Shown: in pieces, positions 1-13,883 of the stretch
Position numbering within the stretch: the stretch's first letter is position 1
How the letters are laid out: each line of letters opens with the position of its first letter
From: the human T2T-CHM13v2.0 reference genome, Homo sapiens
Assembly: GCF_009914755.1 (NCBI RefSeq)
Contig: NC_060927.1
Strand: one strand, 5' to 3'
DNA: 64,000 nucleotides
The notes under the pieces: generated by a model
The model's database searches: none
Told to the model about the DNA's origin: nothing
The model's input: the letters and a program-made list of their open reading frames with translations, nothing else
Position numbers and translations under genes: made by a program

Positions 1-324
1 GAGCTCCCTGTCACAATTCCATGAGATTTACAGACTTCTCCCCTTGCCAATGAAAGTTTTTTGCATTCTTCACATTTGTGAAATGTACCACCTGCCACGT
101 GTCTTTGCATGTGTCATTCTGCTGCCTAAACGCTACCCTTTCCTTGTCCCTCTTTATTCTTGAGATCTTAGACATAGGTTTTAAGGGGCGATCTGAGCTT
201 TTGGTCAAGTTAGATTCCTCTGAGCCCTGAGATTTCTTCCACTCCTCTGACATTCCCGTAGAACCCTGCTCCTTGTCTTCAGGGTGACTTTCTTTAGTTG
301 GTAATTATACATTTGTATCCAGGG

Positions 325-530
325 TGTGGTGGATGAAATATTAGCATAAACTCTTTGTAGCTCTTACCATTAAATTTATTTCCCCATTCCTTGAATGACT
401 GGGGCTGGCCTTGTAACATGCTCTGACCCATGGAATATGGAGGCCCTACCCCTCCTGGCATGCTGCCCTGTGACCTCCATGCTGGTCAGCCCAGCAGCAG
501 TGGAGAAAAGGACAGAGAAGAACTGAGATC
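325..530 (+). mobile_element. MLT1 (MaLR) LTR fragment, MLT1G/H-like
   Basis: tgtggtggatgaaat...ctctttgtagctc...ccttgaatgactggggctggccttgtaac resembles the MLT1 5' end; right boundary approximate. Confidence 0.6.
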
Positions 531-1699
531 ATGCTGAGGTGTCTCACGTGAAAAATCAGCTCATGAAGGGAGAAATAGCCTTGGGAGCCAGACCATCCTT
601 GTGAGGGGAGGCTTCCAGTTTATTTTGTTCCCATTCATTACATCAGCACCTGATCCAGATTTTAGATTTTTCTCATGCCAGCTCTGTGTATGGTGAGATG
701 TACGGGAAGTTTAAATAGCTCCACACAGTGTAGTATTTTGTATGTGTTAGCTCGAGCTGCATGCTAGGGGCAGACTGCTACCCAGATGAGAAATTTATAC
801 ACCAGGGCAATCAGCTTGGTTTTAATCAGAAAGGATTTCAGAAACATTGATTCTAAAAGCATTGCTAATCCTTGCGTGAAATCCAGAGTCTTTGGTCATT
901 CACAAAATGAACATTAGAAATATGTTCTGTTAAAATTAGAGGTTTTAAATTAACATATTAGATGCTGTAAGTGGATTCTCCTTGGGCAATTTAGTGGTAG
1001 TCAGGATACATGGCTTGGCCAGAGCATTGTGGGGCCAGTCCTCTGCCCTTGTAAGAGGGTAGAAAGTCCAGGGAGGCCTGCAGTGGGTACTCTCAGGGAT
1101 GACACTGGAGACTTTGTCTCCTGGTCTCCTGCTGCTGCCTCGAGGCTAGTGTCATGCCTGCTGCATGTGAACCTTTTTAGGAAAGGTGAGGTTAAAAGGG
1201 CAAAGACCTGGGACTTCATCCAGCTTGCAAAAACATTTTCTATAAGCCATTTTATGCCTTGTATTTAATAAGTACGTTTAAATAATATATCTGTAATATA
1301 TGGGCCACAACTTGGAGACTTGCTTACATTATAACTTGGCCTTCACTTGCAAAAAGTGAAGACGTTGATTGATCTACTTTTTTTAAAGCTTTTTCCAGAT
1401 CATGGCACATGGAAGGAAAACTGAAACAGAGAATGGCAGTGTTACTGAAGAGATGTGATGAGACTGGAGTTAGGTCTGATAACATGGCTGGAATTTACAG
1501 GGCAGAGTTCTAGAGAAGTAGCAGTCATACAGAGAAGAAGCTTCTGAAATCTGCTCAGAAAAAAAAAAAAAAAAAGAAGCTTCAGGAATCCTAGACTCTT
1601 TGGGTACCAAGTGACAAGTATGCAGCACACGAATCCAGGTGGCTAGGAAAAGAACAAAGCTATGAGCTGAATTGAGATTTGGAGCTTGTATGGAACTGA

Positions 1700-2052
<353 letters not shown>

Positions 2053-2779
2053 TAGGCTGCTTTGAAAATTCTGGGTACTCAGTTGACCCTCAAGAAAGGC
2101 CATGTGTTAGGAGAAGGTTACTATTGTCTTGGAGTTAAAGATATATTAGCCCCTCCCTAACAAACATTAAAAACAAACCTCAAAGGATCAAGCTGATCCA
2201 TAAGGAAATTAACTGTCTGCCAGACAAAATCTGATATTTAAAGGAAGACGACAAAATCCAGACACTGAACAATGCATCATCCAAAATGCCCAGAACACAA
2301 TAAAATATGCACAGACACCTGAAGAAGCAGGAAAATGTGAAGGACAGAAAATCAGTCAATAATTGAAACAAATCAGAAGAAACAAGAAGAAGGAAATAGA
2401 AGAAAAGGCTTTTAAACAGCTACTATATACACAGTCAAAGATGTTAAAGGAAAACAAAAATGTTATGAGGAAATAGATGGCAAATCTCAATAGAGAAATG
2501 GAAACTATAAAAAAGAACCAAATTATAAAAACTGAAAAATACAAGATTTGACATAAAAATTCACTGGATGGGATTAATAGAGACACTACAGAAGAAAATA
2601 TTAGTGAACTCAAAGACAGGGCAATAGTTAACTAATCAAACTGAAGCATGCAGAGAATAAAAGATGAAAAAAAAAAACTGAATAGAGTTTCAGTGACCTA
2701 TGGGATCACATCAAGTGATCTAACCTACTTTTCAGAGTCCTTGAAGGAGAGAAGAGTGAGAGAAGGACAGACAAAAATA

Positions 2780-3057
<278 letters not shown>

Positions 3058-3648
3058 TTAGCCAAAATATTTCCAAATTGATGAAAACTTTAAACCCATA
3101 GATTCAAGAAGCTCAGCAAATCTCAGATGGGGTAAACACAAAAAAATCCACACTAAGGCATATCATGAAAAAAATTGCTGAAACCTAAAAATAACATTAT
3201 TAGAAGGTTACAGAAAAAAAAGACATTACACACAGACGGACAACTATACAAATGATGAATGACTTCTCATTAAAAACAACATGAGCCAAAGACACTGGAA
3301 TGACATCTCAAAAGTACCGAAGGAAAAAAACTGCCTGTCTAGAATTCTATGTCCAGTGAAAATATTGTTCAAAAACTCATTTTCAGGTGAAGAAAAACTA
3401 AAAATTTAGCACCGGCAGAAGAAATACTACTGGAAGTTCTTTAGGAGAAGGAAAATAAAAGAAAAATCTAAATCTACTCCCCAAAATGAATGCTTTAAAT
3501 GGTAAGTACCATTAAATGTACAAGGTCCTTCCCCTATTTATAACTTATGTAAAAGATAATTTACTGTTTAAGGCAAAAAATAATATCAACCTATTGTGAA
3601 TGTTATAATATGTGTAAATAAAATGTATGTTAACAATAGCTCAAAGTG

Positions 3649-3947
3649 GGCTGGGCATAGTAGCTCATGCCTGTAACCGCAGTGTTTTGGGAGGCTGAGG
3701 CAGGAGGATCGCTTGAGCCCAGTGGTTTGAAACCAGCCCGGGCAACACAGTGAGATCCTGGCTCTACAAAAAATACAAAAAAATAATTAGCCAGATGTGG
3801 TGGTGTGCACCTGTAGTCCCAGGTACTTGGGAATCTGAGAGGAGAGGATCGCTTGAGCCCAGGAGTCAGTCTGCAGTGAACTATGATTGCCACTGCACTC
3901 CAGTCTGGGTGACAGAGCAAGACTCTGTAAACAAAGAAGGCAAACAG
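3649..3947 (+). mobile_element. AluJ
   Basis: ggctgggcatagtagctcatgcctgtaa...ggatcgcttgagccc in both arms. Confidence 0.92.
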
Positions 3948-3955
3948 TAAGCCCC

Positions 3956-3997
<42 letters not shown>
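3956..3997 (+). repeat. (ACA)14 microsatellite just 3' of the Alu
   Basis: Directly visible. Confidence 0.97.
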
Positions 3998-3998
<1 letters not shown>

Positions 3999-5777
3999 AA
4001 CTAATAGCACAAAGGATAGAAGAAAGAAACAGAAGTATTTTTTTAAAAGTTTTTATACATATTTGTGAAATGGCATGTTATTTGGAGGCAGACTGTAATA
4101 AGTTAGCAATGCACATTTTAAACCCTAAAGCTACCACTAAATCAAACTATTTGTTGAATGAATGAAAGATTTATTCTGGATATTAAAAACTTACCTTTTA
4201 TGGGACTGCTGATTAAATTAGATGTGACATTTGTCTTCTCCTGTGCACTTTTATTCAGTGGGATAAGACAGTGGGCAATTTTCACAAGAGCAAAGAAAGG
4301 ATGAATGGGGAGCAGGATAGGGTGAATTTTCTGCTTCACTGTGCCTAATACAATGCTCCAATTGTTAGAATGTCAAACCAGATTCAACCAGACAGTACTG
4401 TAAATTCCAAGGGAAACATATTCCAGGAAAGTCTTCCAGCCAGGACTTTAGCTGGCCTCCTGTGGTGACATTCCATTAAGAAACATTCCAACTTACATTT
4501 AGGAAAGGATTAGAACTGACAAAGTGTCTTGGCTGCTAATGTAAATACTTGAAAGAAAATTTCCAAATTTTTAGAATATGACTTTTCCTTCACTTTTAAT
4601 GTCTGTTTGAGGGTCCACTTCTCGTATTTTACCTTCAGACTTAGGTCTTGATGTTTACTCTGCATGTTTTGTAATGCTGTGTAGTGGATTAAAAGGAATT
4701 ACATTTTGGGTGCTGGGTATGGATATTCCTGGGCGAATGGAAACCAGGCTTTCTTGGTTGTGGATAGGATAGAGTCTGTGACTAGGAGAAGTTTCTATTC
4801 ATGGTGTAGCCCCCAAAGGGTATATAATCAAAGAACTGATGTTTTTCCACTCCTCCTCTTCACGGGAGGATATATTAGCTGGGTCACAGAAAGGACCAGG
4901 AATGGGGGTGGATCCCCATTAGAATGATGTTGAAAGGCACGGGGTGAGTGCACCCTCCCTTCTTCCTTGAAGCTTCTCCACCCTTTCTCTAGTCTTCTCA
5001 ATAGAACCCCATGGTGGGCTGTTTGGAATCAGTATAATAGCGTGTGTAATTATAATAATCATTTTGCATGCATGTAGCTCTTTTCTTCCAAAAAAACTCA
5101 AAGGCAACATTAAAAGAAAAACACAACTCTCAGAACCTAGGTCAGCTTTTAAATCAGGATTCCTTAACATAGGGTTTGAGGCCAAGTGTGGCTTTCAGGG
5201 TATTGGTGAATTATTTGAAATGGTTTGGAGAACAAATGGTCATGCATTTTTCCCAAGAAGAGAGTCCTTAGATGTACTGGGGGTTGGGGGGAGTCCAAAA
5301 AAAAAGTAAAATCTATTGTTATAAAACATGAATTCCTCTTACAAAAATTAAGAAACCAAAATATTTAAGTATTTAATTTAATCACTGAGTTACTGAAGCC
5401 AAGAGTGAGAAGAACTAATGTATTGAGGGTACATTGTCCTGGTCTCACGATTTATGGGATAAATGTTGTGTACCTATTTTACGGAAATAATTGAAACTTT
5501 TCCTGCAGATCACGTGGGGCAAAAAAGAAAAAAGAAAAGAAAAAAGTAATACTTTGAACTTGAAGAATCTGTCCTTTTCTGAAAGCAAATAGCGTTAAAA
5601 GTTCTAAAGAGAATTCAAACCAAAATATTTCAGTCAAAGTCCTAATTTTTTCCACTTCTTTTTCCCACTGTCATAGATGACAGTCCATGCTCTAATATAA
5701 AGCCAGTTCCTCCACCTGCACATTGGACTCCTCCTCCACTCACCTACTCAACCGCATTGTCCAGCCATCTTCCTACC

Positions 5778-6408
5778 AGAAACTGGTGAACTGTGGTCTG
5801 TAGGCCAAACTAGCTGGCCCATTTTCCTATGGCCCACAAAATAAAAATAATGTTTACACTTTTAAATGGTTGGGGAAAATGTTTTTGAAAAGAAGAATAT
5901 TTGGTAATACCTGAATATGATACAAAACTCAAATTTCACTGCCCATGAATAGTTTTATTGGTACCCAGCATGCTCATTCATTTATATATTGTCTATGTTT
6001 ACTTTCACACTATGTCAGCAGAGTCAAGAAGTTACAACTTCATAAAAACCATATGACCCACAGAGCCTAAAATATTTGCAGCCAGGCGCAGTAGCTCATG
6101 CCTCTATTCCCAGGACTTCGGGAGGCTCAGGCGAGTGGATCACTTGAGGCCAGGAGTTTGAGACCAGCCTGGCCAACATGGCAAAACCGAATGTCTACTA
6201 AAAATACAAAAATGGGCTGGGTGTGGTGGTACACGCCTGTGATCCCAGCTACTTGGGAGGCTGGGGCAGGAGAATCACTTGAACCCACGAGGCAGAGGTT
6301 GTAGTGAGCCAAGATTGCACTCTAGCCTGGGCAATAGAGTGAGGCTGTCTCAAAAAAAAAAAAAAAAAAATGCTACTTTCCTTTTTACAGAAAAATTCTG
6401 CCAACCCT
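5778..6408 (+). mobile_element. MER58B-like hAT-Charlie DNA transposon, split by an Alu
   Basis: ttttattggtacccagcatgctcattcatttatatattgtctatg...gcctaaaatattt [Alu] ...tttacagaaaaattctgccaaccc. Confidence 0.85.
6080..6370 (+). mobile_element. Alu (S/J), full length
   Basis: Dimeric Alu with poly(A) ending at 6370. Confidence 0.95.
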
Positions 6409-6442
6409 TACCCTACACCATTATTTAATTTTTGCCCCTAGC

Positions 6443-6923
6443 TATAGTGGGCTGTAAGATGGTCCCCAAAGATATGCCTTGTCCTAATCATGGAATCTGT
6501 AAATGTAAATGTGACCTTAAATGGAAAAAGGATCTTCGCAAATTAAGTGAAGGATTTTGAGAAGAGGAGATCATCCTGGATTATCTGGGTGAGCTCTAAT
6601 TGCTATCACAAGTGTCCTTACAAGCCAGAGGCAGAGGGAGACTAGACAGACACACACCATGGAGAAGATGATGTGCAAATGGAAGCAGAGATTGGAGAGA
6701 TGTGGCTACAAAGTCCAGGAATGCTGACGGCCACCAGCAGCTAGAAGAGGCAAAGAATGGATTCTCTCCTGGAGGGAGTAGAGCCCTGCCAACACCTTGA
6801 TTTCAGTTGAGTGGAAATGATGTTAAACTTCTGGGCTTCAGAAGTGTGAAAGAAAAAAAAAATGTTTATTTAAGCCACCAACTTTGTAGTAATTTCTTAC
6901 AACAGCCTCCGGAAACTAATACA
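6443..6923 (+). mobile_element. MLT1C/D MaLR solo LTR
   Basis: ccccaaagatatg...gaagcagagattggag...ttaagccacc...ggaaactaataca. Confidence 0.9.
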
Positions 6924-8033
6924 CTACTGGATTGTTTCTACCCCATCAGGGTAGAAACATGTTGTTATTTCTTCCACTAAGGAAGTTCTCTGATTCCACT
7001 TCCCCTGCTGGCTACTGTCCCATTTCTTTGATCCTGTTATGGTAAAACTTCTCAGGTGAGTTGCCAAAGTGTATTCTTTCCAATTCCTCTTCTCCCATTC
7101 CCTCTCAACCCCATGCCAGTGAAGCATTTTCTCCGCCCCCCTGCCCAAACTGCCTTCATCAAGTTGCCAATGATAGCCACATGGCTAAATTTAATGGTCA
7201 ATATGCAGATTTCATCCTGATCGATTCACCCAGCAGCACTGGACACAGCTGACCCTCCTTCCGCCATGACACGATTTCCTCTTTTGACTTCCGGGACATC
7301 AACCCACACTCTTGGTTTTCTCCTGCCTCACCAGCTGCTGCTTCTAAATCTCCTTTGCTGCTCCTCCTCTTCTCAATGTCGTAACTCCTACCTTCTCTAT
7401 CCAAGCTTCCTCTGCTGGAGATCTTAGCCTTACAGCTTTAAGTACCATCTGTGGGTCATGGATTCCCAAATGAATATTCCCAGCTGTCCAGACCTCTCTG
7501 TTGAACTCCAGACTTACTTATCCACTGCCTGGATGAGATCTCCACAACAGTGAAGAGACATCTCAGATGCAGCATGTGTGATCTACCCAACCTGAGATCA
7601 GCCTTATTCACAGCCTCCCCCATCTCTGTTGATGTCTTCTGCATCCTTCCAGTTTCTCAGGCCAAAAATCTTGGAGTAATCTTTGACGCTTACCTGTCTC
7701 TCACGTCACACATCCAACCCATAAGGAGATCTTGCTGACTCTCATCTGGATCAAAATCTTAACCCCGCTCAGCTCCACTGCTGCAACCCTGGTCCATGTT
7801 ACTGTCATGACTTGTTTGGATGATTGCAATGCCTTTTGATAGGTCTCCTTATTCCACCTTTGCTCCCTTCTGTCTCTCTCATTATCGCACCAGAGTAATC
7901 CTTTTCATAAAGCAGCTCTTTGTTTAAAACCAGGCAGTAGTACCCTGTTTTTTCAGCACAGAAGCTGAAGTGCTGAGCTTTCTCGGACCCTGGACAAGAG
8001 GGACCCTTGTTCTGAGTCCCACGCACTTGAGAG

Positions 8034-8359
8034 TGGTGCTTCTTAAACCATTTGTGTTGGTGGACTGGGGCTTTTTAAAATATTATTTTCAATCCATGTG
8101 GATAGGCATATAGTCTCACTCCACAGAACTGGGATACAGCTGTGTTGCATGAAACTCAAGTTCATCAGTGCCAGGCAAGTTCAACAATACCCGATTGGTC
8201 CATAGCTCAGGACCAGACTTGGCCACAAGCTTGGATGAAGATCTTTCAATTCTGAAACTGCTATGCGAGTGTCTCAATGTCTTTTCATCCCCTGTCACAG
8301 ATGGGAAACAGACTGCTCTTGGACTGGCACTGGTTTTTGGGCTGCACTGGGGAGCACTG
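8034..8359 (-). mobile_element. hAT-Charlie DNA transposon (Charlie4-like)
   Basis: Degenerate Charlie termini (gtgcttcttaaacc ... ggactggcactgg...gagcactg). Confidence 0.5.
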
Positions 8360-8731
8360 CTGGAGGGAGCCCTGGTCTTCTCTTCTCTGGCCCCTTACTG
8401 TGGGGTGAGGCTTCTGCATCACAAGGAACGGTGCCCACTTGGAGCCCATGACCACCTGGAGATCACATTCTGAGTACCCTGGGTCTTGGAGTCTCCTGCT
8501 TGCTGACTCCAAGTCCACATCCAGGGCCCACACAGCCCTTTTCCCCAGGTCCATCCACCTCACCTCCAGATCCAAGAGTTGACAAAAGGGCACCTGTTTG
8601 TGGTGGTGGTGGGTGTGGACAAAGCTTGGGTGCTCAAGCACCAACCACCAGCTGGGAAGCTCTTCTGGTCTAGGCTTGCTTGGATGTATTCAGAAGTTAG
8701 AAGATGGTGGCTGGGCTGGGGCTGGATGGAA

Positions 8732-8872
8732 TATTAGTCAGTGTTCTCCAGAGAAATAGAATCAACAGGAGATACATACATATATACATATATATGTATG
8801 AATATATCTAAATGTATATCTGTATGTATCTCCATATATATTTTATATATGTATACCCTATATAGATACATA
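8732..8872 (-). mobile_element. MLT2 LTR end fragment with a TA-rich microsatellite
   Basis: tattagtcagtgttctccagagaaatagaatcaacaggagata followed by a (TA/CA)n tract. Confidence 0.8.
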
Positions 8873-8873
8873 A

Positions 8874-8918
8874 AGCCTGGGTGACAGAATAAGACCTTGT
8901 CTCAAAAAAAAAAAAAAA
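8874..8918 (+). mobile_element. Alu 3'-terminal fragment
   Basis: agcctgggtgacagaataagaccttgtctc + poly(A). Confidence 0.85.
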
Positions 8919-9083
8919 TTCATGGACACACTGCAACACTTGGGAGCTTAGATTTAATCTAAGAACTTCATGATTAAGCCAAAGATGCTTCTTCTCAAAA
9001 CACTTGTATTTTAAAAGGAAACTTAGAGTTCACGCGAGAGCTTTACAGATTGGGCCACTGGAGGTAGTTTAAGAATTAGCTTG

Positions 9084-9389
<306 letters not shown>

Positions 9390-9679
9390 AAGAATTAGCT
9401 TGAGATGGCTGCTGGCAGGTAGATGGGATCTTATCCAAGGAAGGGCTGTCTCTGGAGGCCCTCAAATCCCACCTGTGGCCAGGATTTCTCCAAGTGCAGC
9501 CTGCCTGCAATGTGTTTTACACACACCCAGGGAGCCTACTTATGGGGGTTGTGGGGAGCCAGGAAAGCTAAATTCTATCCAACTCTGTCCAGGATGCTGA
9601 CACAGCATGTGCCTGAGAATGTCCCCTACTCTTCCTAGCTATGACAGGTCCTCTAAGGGGAGTTCTGTTTAAGAGTCAC

Positions 9680-9782
9680 TTTTTTTTTTTTTTGAGACAA
9701 GGTTCACTGCTGTCACCCAGGCTGGAGTGCCACGGCATGATCTCAGCTCAGTGCAACCTCCACCTCTTGGGCTCAAGTGATT
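9680..9782 (-). mobile_element. Alu right-arm fragment
   Basis: poly(T) + gagacaagg...caggctggagtgc...gctcaagtgat. Confidence 0.9.
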
Positions 9783-10469
9783 TGAAAAGACTCAGTCTTT
9801 GCTTCATGAACCCTCTTGGCCAAACAAAACCAAAGTGATTTCTCAAAAGTTTTTCCTATGTGTGAAACATTCCTGATGACAGCCCAGCCCTGTCAAGCTG
9901 ATCTCTCACACCCTGAGGAAACCTTCATAGCCACGCTGCCTCGCTTTGAATACAGAGGACAGACAATGTTCCTAAGCATCATACCTCCAAAAATAGCCCT
10001 TTATTTCCTTCTTATCCAGTGATGAAAAAGGTTAACCATAGTCTAAAAACAAAGTTGAGAAACTCACACTTTAAAAATGGGAATACAGAGAAAAGGGAAG
10101 ACTTTTGTTTCTAGTTGTTCTCTCTTCTCACTCTGGGTATTGCAGGGCGGTTCTCATAAAGCAAGCTCCTGGTTTCTGGGCCAGCTTTGCCTGGGGCATT
10201 TACCTTCGCTATGACTGAAGTGTCAAGGTACTCTGAGCCAGCCTTGACAGGGGAATTTGGCTCATTGGGAATCTTGGTTCAGGGGAACTCTGGGGTTCTT
10301 GGGGTTCTTTCTGCCTAGATCCCCCCTTTCTTTTTGGGGAAGCTTACAAAGAGGAATTGGCAGTTATTGCCAAGTCCCATGGATGCCTGAGTTTGAACTC
10401 TGCCTGGAAGACATTATTACAGTCTCTACTGGGCAACTTCTAGGAAGGCCACTTTGAGGGGCCTAACAG

Positions 10470-10920
10470 CCAAGACTTTCAGAGTAAGAAACTGAACTCT
10501 ACCTCAAACTGTGTAGGCAAAAAGGGAAGGTGCTGGTTCAGATAGCTGGGAAGGATCCTGGGATAGTCCCTAAAATCCAAGGCAGATGTGCAGGAGGCAG
10601 GCCCTCAGAGTTAAGAGCTGGTGGTCCCTGTCTCCAGGCTCCTTCTCTCTCCTAGCTGGCTGCCTCTGCTTTCTTCATTCTCCCAGGCTGCCATAGAAAA
10701 GGCTTCCTCCATTCTGTGGGAAGATAGCCATTGTTGCTCCCAGCTGACACAGTAGCTACTGGTCATCCTTAATCTCACAACATCTGTATTTTTTCTCTGG
10801 GAAGGGCTCTGATTGGTCCTTCCTAGTTTCTGTCATACTAAATGGACCACTTGCCATTGCTGGTTGGGTGAGGTCCTGAGATGGATCAGGCCTGAGTCAC
10901 TTGCCCACTTTTGGCCTAGG
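10470..10920 (-). mobile_element. Old MLT1 (K/L-like) LTR remnant
   Basis: gtaagaaactgaactctacctcaaact...aaaagggaa...gggctctgattggtcc...cctgagtcac. Confidence 0.45.
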
Positions 10921-11224
10921 AGATTGGGCTGAATTTCAGAGGCAGGGCATTTGCAGCACTTGCTGGACAGGAAAGTGGGAAGAGCTATAACTATCTACTT
11001 CAGGGGCAGGAGAGCTTACCCAGAACCAAGTGAATCTGCTCCAGGGCATATTAGGAGGGGGCAGCCGAGGGGCAGCCAGAAGTGGGTACAGTGAACTTCC
11101 CTCCTATAATAGTGCTGAGCTTTTAGGAGTATGTTAAATAGAACTGCCCATGGCAAAGCTGCCCCAAGGGGCTTGAAACAGTCTTAAAAAGAAGGCAAGC
11201 TGGAAGTTCTATGATTGACCCGTG

Positions 11225-11410
11225 TGTGCTATTTTTAATGGAAAAAAATATGAAAATAACCTAAACACCCAACAATGGAGGACTGGTTAAGTATATTACA
11301 ATGCACACTCACAACAGACCATCATCAAGAGGTTTTAACAGCAGAGTAAAATGGTTACAGGATAATGTTAAAAGAGGTAGGAACCAAAAATTCAAATGCT
11401 CTGTGGGCTT
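11225..11410 (+). mobile_element. L1ME-type 3' fragment
   Basis: aataacctaaacacccaacaatggaggactggttaagtatatta. Confidence 0.6.
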
Positions 11411-11520
11411 AACCATGTGCCTCCTTCCCCAGAAAGGTAAACCGAGAAGCATGCCTGTTAACCACAGTTGCCTTTGGGTTGTAACAGTATGCCCCCTCTA
11501 CCTCCTTATTTCTTTATATG

Positions 11521-11804
11521 TTATTTTATTTTATTTTATTTTATTTAAGACAGCATATCGCTCTGTCTCCAAGGCTAGAGTGCAGTGGTGTGACCACAGC
11601 TCACTGCAGCCTCAGCTTCCTGGGTTCAAGTGATCCTCCTGCCTTAGCCTCCTAAGTAGCTGGGACTACAGGTGCATGCCACCAAGCCCAGCTAATTGTT
11701 TTATTTTTTACAGAGACAGGGGTCTCGCTATGTTGCCCAGGCTGGTTTCACCCTCCTGGGCTGAAGTGATCCTCCCATCTCAGCCTCCCAAAGTGCTGAG
11801 ATTA
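11521..11804 (-). mobile_element. AluJ
   Basis: (TTTTA)n tail plus antisense Alu body. Confidence 0.92.
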
Positions 11805-12029
11805 ATTAGAAAAAAAAAAAACAAACTGTAATAACATCATCACCAAAACTGAACTGTAAAGGTTTAAGCATCACGAGAAGAGATTAAAAGAGGACCAACT
11901 CCTGAGAGCTGGTGTGCTGGGCAGGGATAGAGGTTCAGGAGAGGGGAAGAGAGAGCCGCAAGAAACTCACATCCTTCTTTTTCTTCTGAAAAGAATACTT
12001 CTGGAATAGTTTTACATTTAAATGTTTCA

Positions 12030-12140
12030 GTACCATTATTTATCCCATCTTTCCAATGAGGAAATGAAGTCTCAGCGAAGTCAGTTGACTTGTCCAAAGT
12101 CATACAGCCAGCAATGTGGTCGGGCTGGGGCTGGACTCTT
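12030..12140 (-). mobile_element. MIR
   Basis: atcccatctttccaatgaggaaatgaagtctcag...acttgtccaaagtcatacagc. Confidence 0.8.
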
Positions 12141-12339
12141 GCCTTTCACACTGCACTGCAGCAAAAGGAAGCCTAGGGATGACCTCATTTCTTAGCTTTT
12201 ACAGGGGCGATCCTAAGGGAGAAGGATAGACAAGGTGGATCTTCCAACAGGTTTCTCCTAGTAACAGAGTCCTTGAAATATAACTCAGAGTTCATATTCT
12301 CAGAGAAGGATGTAACCTAACATGGAACGGCACAACAGT

Positions 12340-12490
12340 CATGCAGAATTTGTTTTAGATTAAGAGGGACACTTGTAAGAGCATCGCATCCAGCTTACTG
12401 CTTTTACAGATGAGGCCACTGAGGCCCAGAGAGGGTAAGTAACATGGCCAAGGTCACACAGCAAGTGAGCAGTGTTGCCGAAGACAGGCA
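12340..12490 (-). mobile_element. MIR
   Basis: ttttacagatgaggccactgaggcccagagagggtaagtaac...caaggtcacacagc. Confidence 0.85.
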
Positions 12491-12989
12491 AGGCTTGTAA
12501 CTGGCAATGCAGTGCTGTTTGGGGGCCATCACGTGGCAGTGCATCATTTGCTATAAAAAGAAGCAGACACCTCAGCTGGGAGGAAGCATCAGTGCCTGTC
12601 TCCTAGAAACACACATCGCTGAGATGATCTAGAGCTGCGAGGGACTGATTTGATAGGGATTTTGATACAGGGCTGGAAAACCAGTTACATTTAATCACTG
12701 TTCAAAAACCATATTTAATTTAAAGGCACTTTTATGAAAAAGTAAAAATAATCTTTACATATTTTTCATGCATATATATATATATTTAATGTATTTCATT
12801 TTGTTACCCTGGACCTTAGGTTGCCAGGGAGACAGTTATCAGTGGGACTAAGCTATTGGTGAATAATTAATTGCCTGTTCTCAGCGAGGCTAGGAGAGAG
12901 AACTTCTCAGCGAGCCTCTGCTGGGTTTAGGCAAGGTCTGCCTCTGTCAATAGCAAAAAGAGACTTGAGGGAGCCAGTGAGACAGGCTT

Positions 12990-13477
12990 ATGAGAGGTGG
13001 GTATGCGGGATGGAGTCTCCCCGCTTCCCTTGGACAGAGCCAGTAGCAGCCACTGCCATTTTCAACCTATGTCCCTCGCACCTGGCCATTGCAGGGAAAC
13101 TGCAGGCCACCCACTGTCACCATTTGCATTCTTTTGCTTAGGAGTTTCCTCTGGAAGCCAGAGGTCTCCTGCCTGCTCATGGCAGGCCAGAAGTTCCAAA
13201 ACCAAATATTTTGGGGTGGGGGGAGTTGCCCTTAACCAATGAGTGATGGAAGGATAACTCCAAGATGTGTTGTGCACTGGTACCCCATATTCCAGAGGGA
13301 CTCAGCTCCACTTGCCCACAGTGCTGGCTTGCTAATGCCCTCTTTATGGGCTTCCTTCCTTTTCTGGGCTTGCTTCTACACTTCTCTATAGGTACTTCCT
13401 GGATTCTCCTCCCAGATAAACTCCTTACATTCAGATCCTGGCCTCAGGCCTGCTCCTGGGACAACCTAAACTAGGAT
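12990..13477 (+). mobile_element. LTR16-family ERVL solo LTR
   Basis: ggagtttcctctggaagccag...ctcccagataaactccttacattcagatcc...aacctaaactagga. Confidence 0.7.
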
Positions 13478-13590
13478 GGTCACATGGTACAGCAAGACCT
13501 GGATGAGTAAACAGGAGCTAGGGGCAGGATTCCTGTCTACTGTTTCATTCTACCCTAATTTTCTGCAAAATGAAATTGTCCTGTAAATGT

Positions 13591-13883
13591 TTTGTTTGAG
13601 ACAGAGTCTCCCTCTGTAGCTCAGGCTGGAGTGCAGTGGCACGATCTTGGCTCACCGTAACCTCCCCGTCCCGGGTCCCAGTGCAAGCAATTCTCCTGCC
13701 TCAGCCTCCTGAGTAGCTGGGATTACAGGTAAGTGCCACCATGCCCAGCTAATTTTTGTATTTTTAGTAGAGACGGGGTTTCACCGTGTTGGCCAGGCTG
13801 GTTTTGAAATCCTGACCTCGTGATCTGCCTGCCTCGGCCTCCCAAAGTGCTAGGATTACAGACGTGAGCCACTGCGCCCAGCC
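13591..13883 (-). mobile_element. AluS with 18-bp TSD, very short tail and a 7-nt insertion
   Basis: TSD aaattgtcctgtaaatgt at 13573-13590 and 13885-13902; cccgggtcccagtgcaagc versus consensus cccgggttcaagc. Confidence 0.95.

Larger units (their letters stand above)
5670..7990 (+). mobile_element. L2 (L2a-like) ORF2 remnant, split by MER58B, Alu and MLT1
   Basis: catcaagttgccaatga...gctaaatttaatggtcaat...gacacagctgacc...ttgaactccagacttacttatccactgcc...ctcaggccaaaaatcttggagtaatctttgac. Confidence 0.85.

Noticed and set aside
3630-4010. 126-aa ORF with a poly-Leu, signal-peptide-like start
   Set aside because: It is the antisense reading of the (ACA)n microsatellite plus an Alu.
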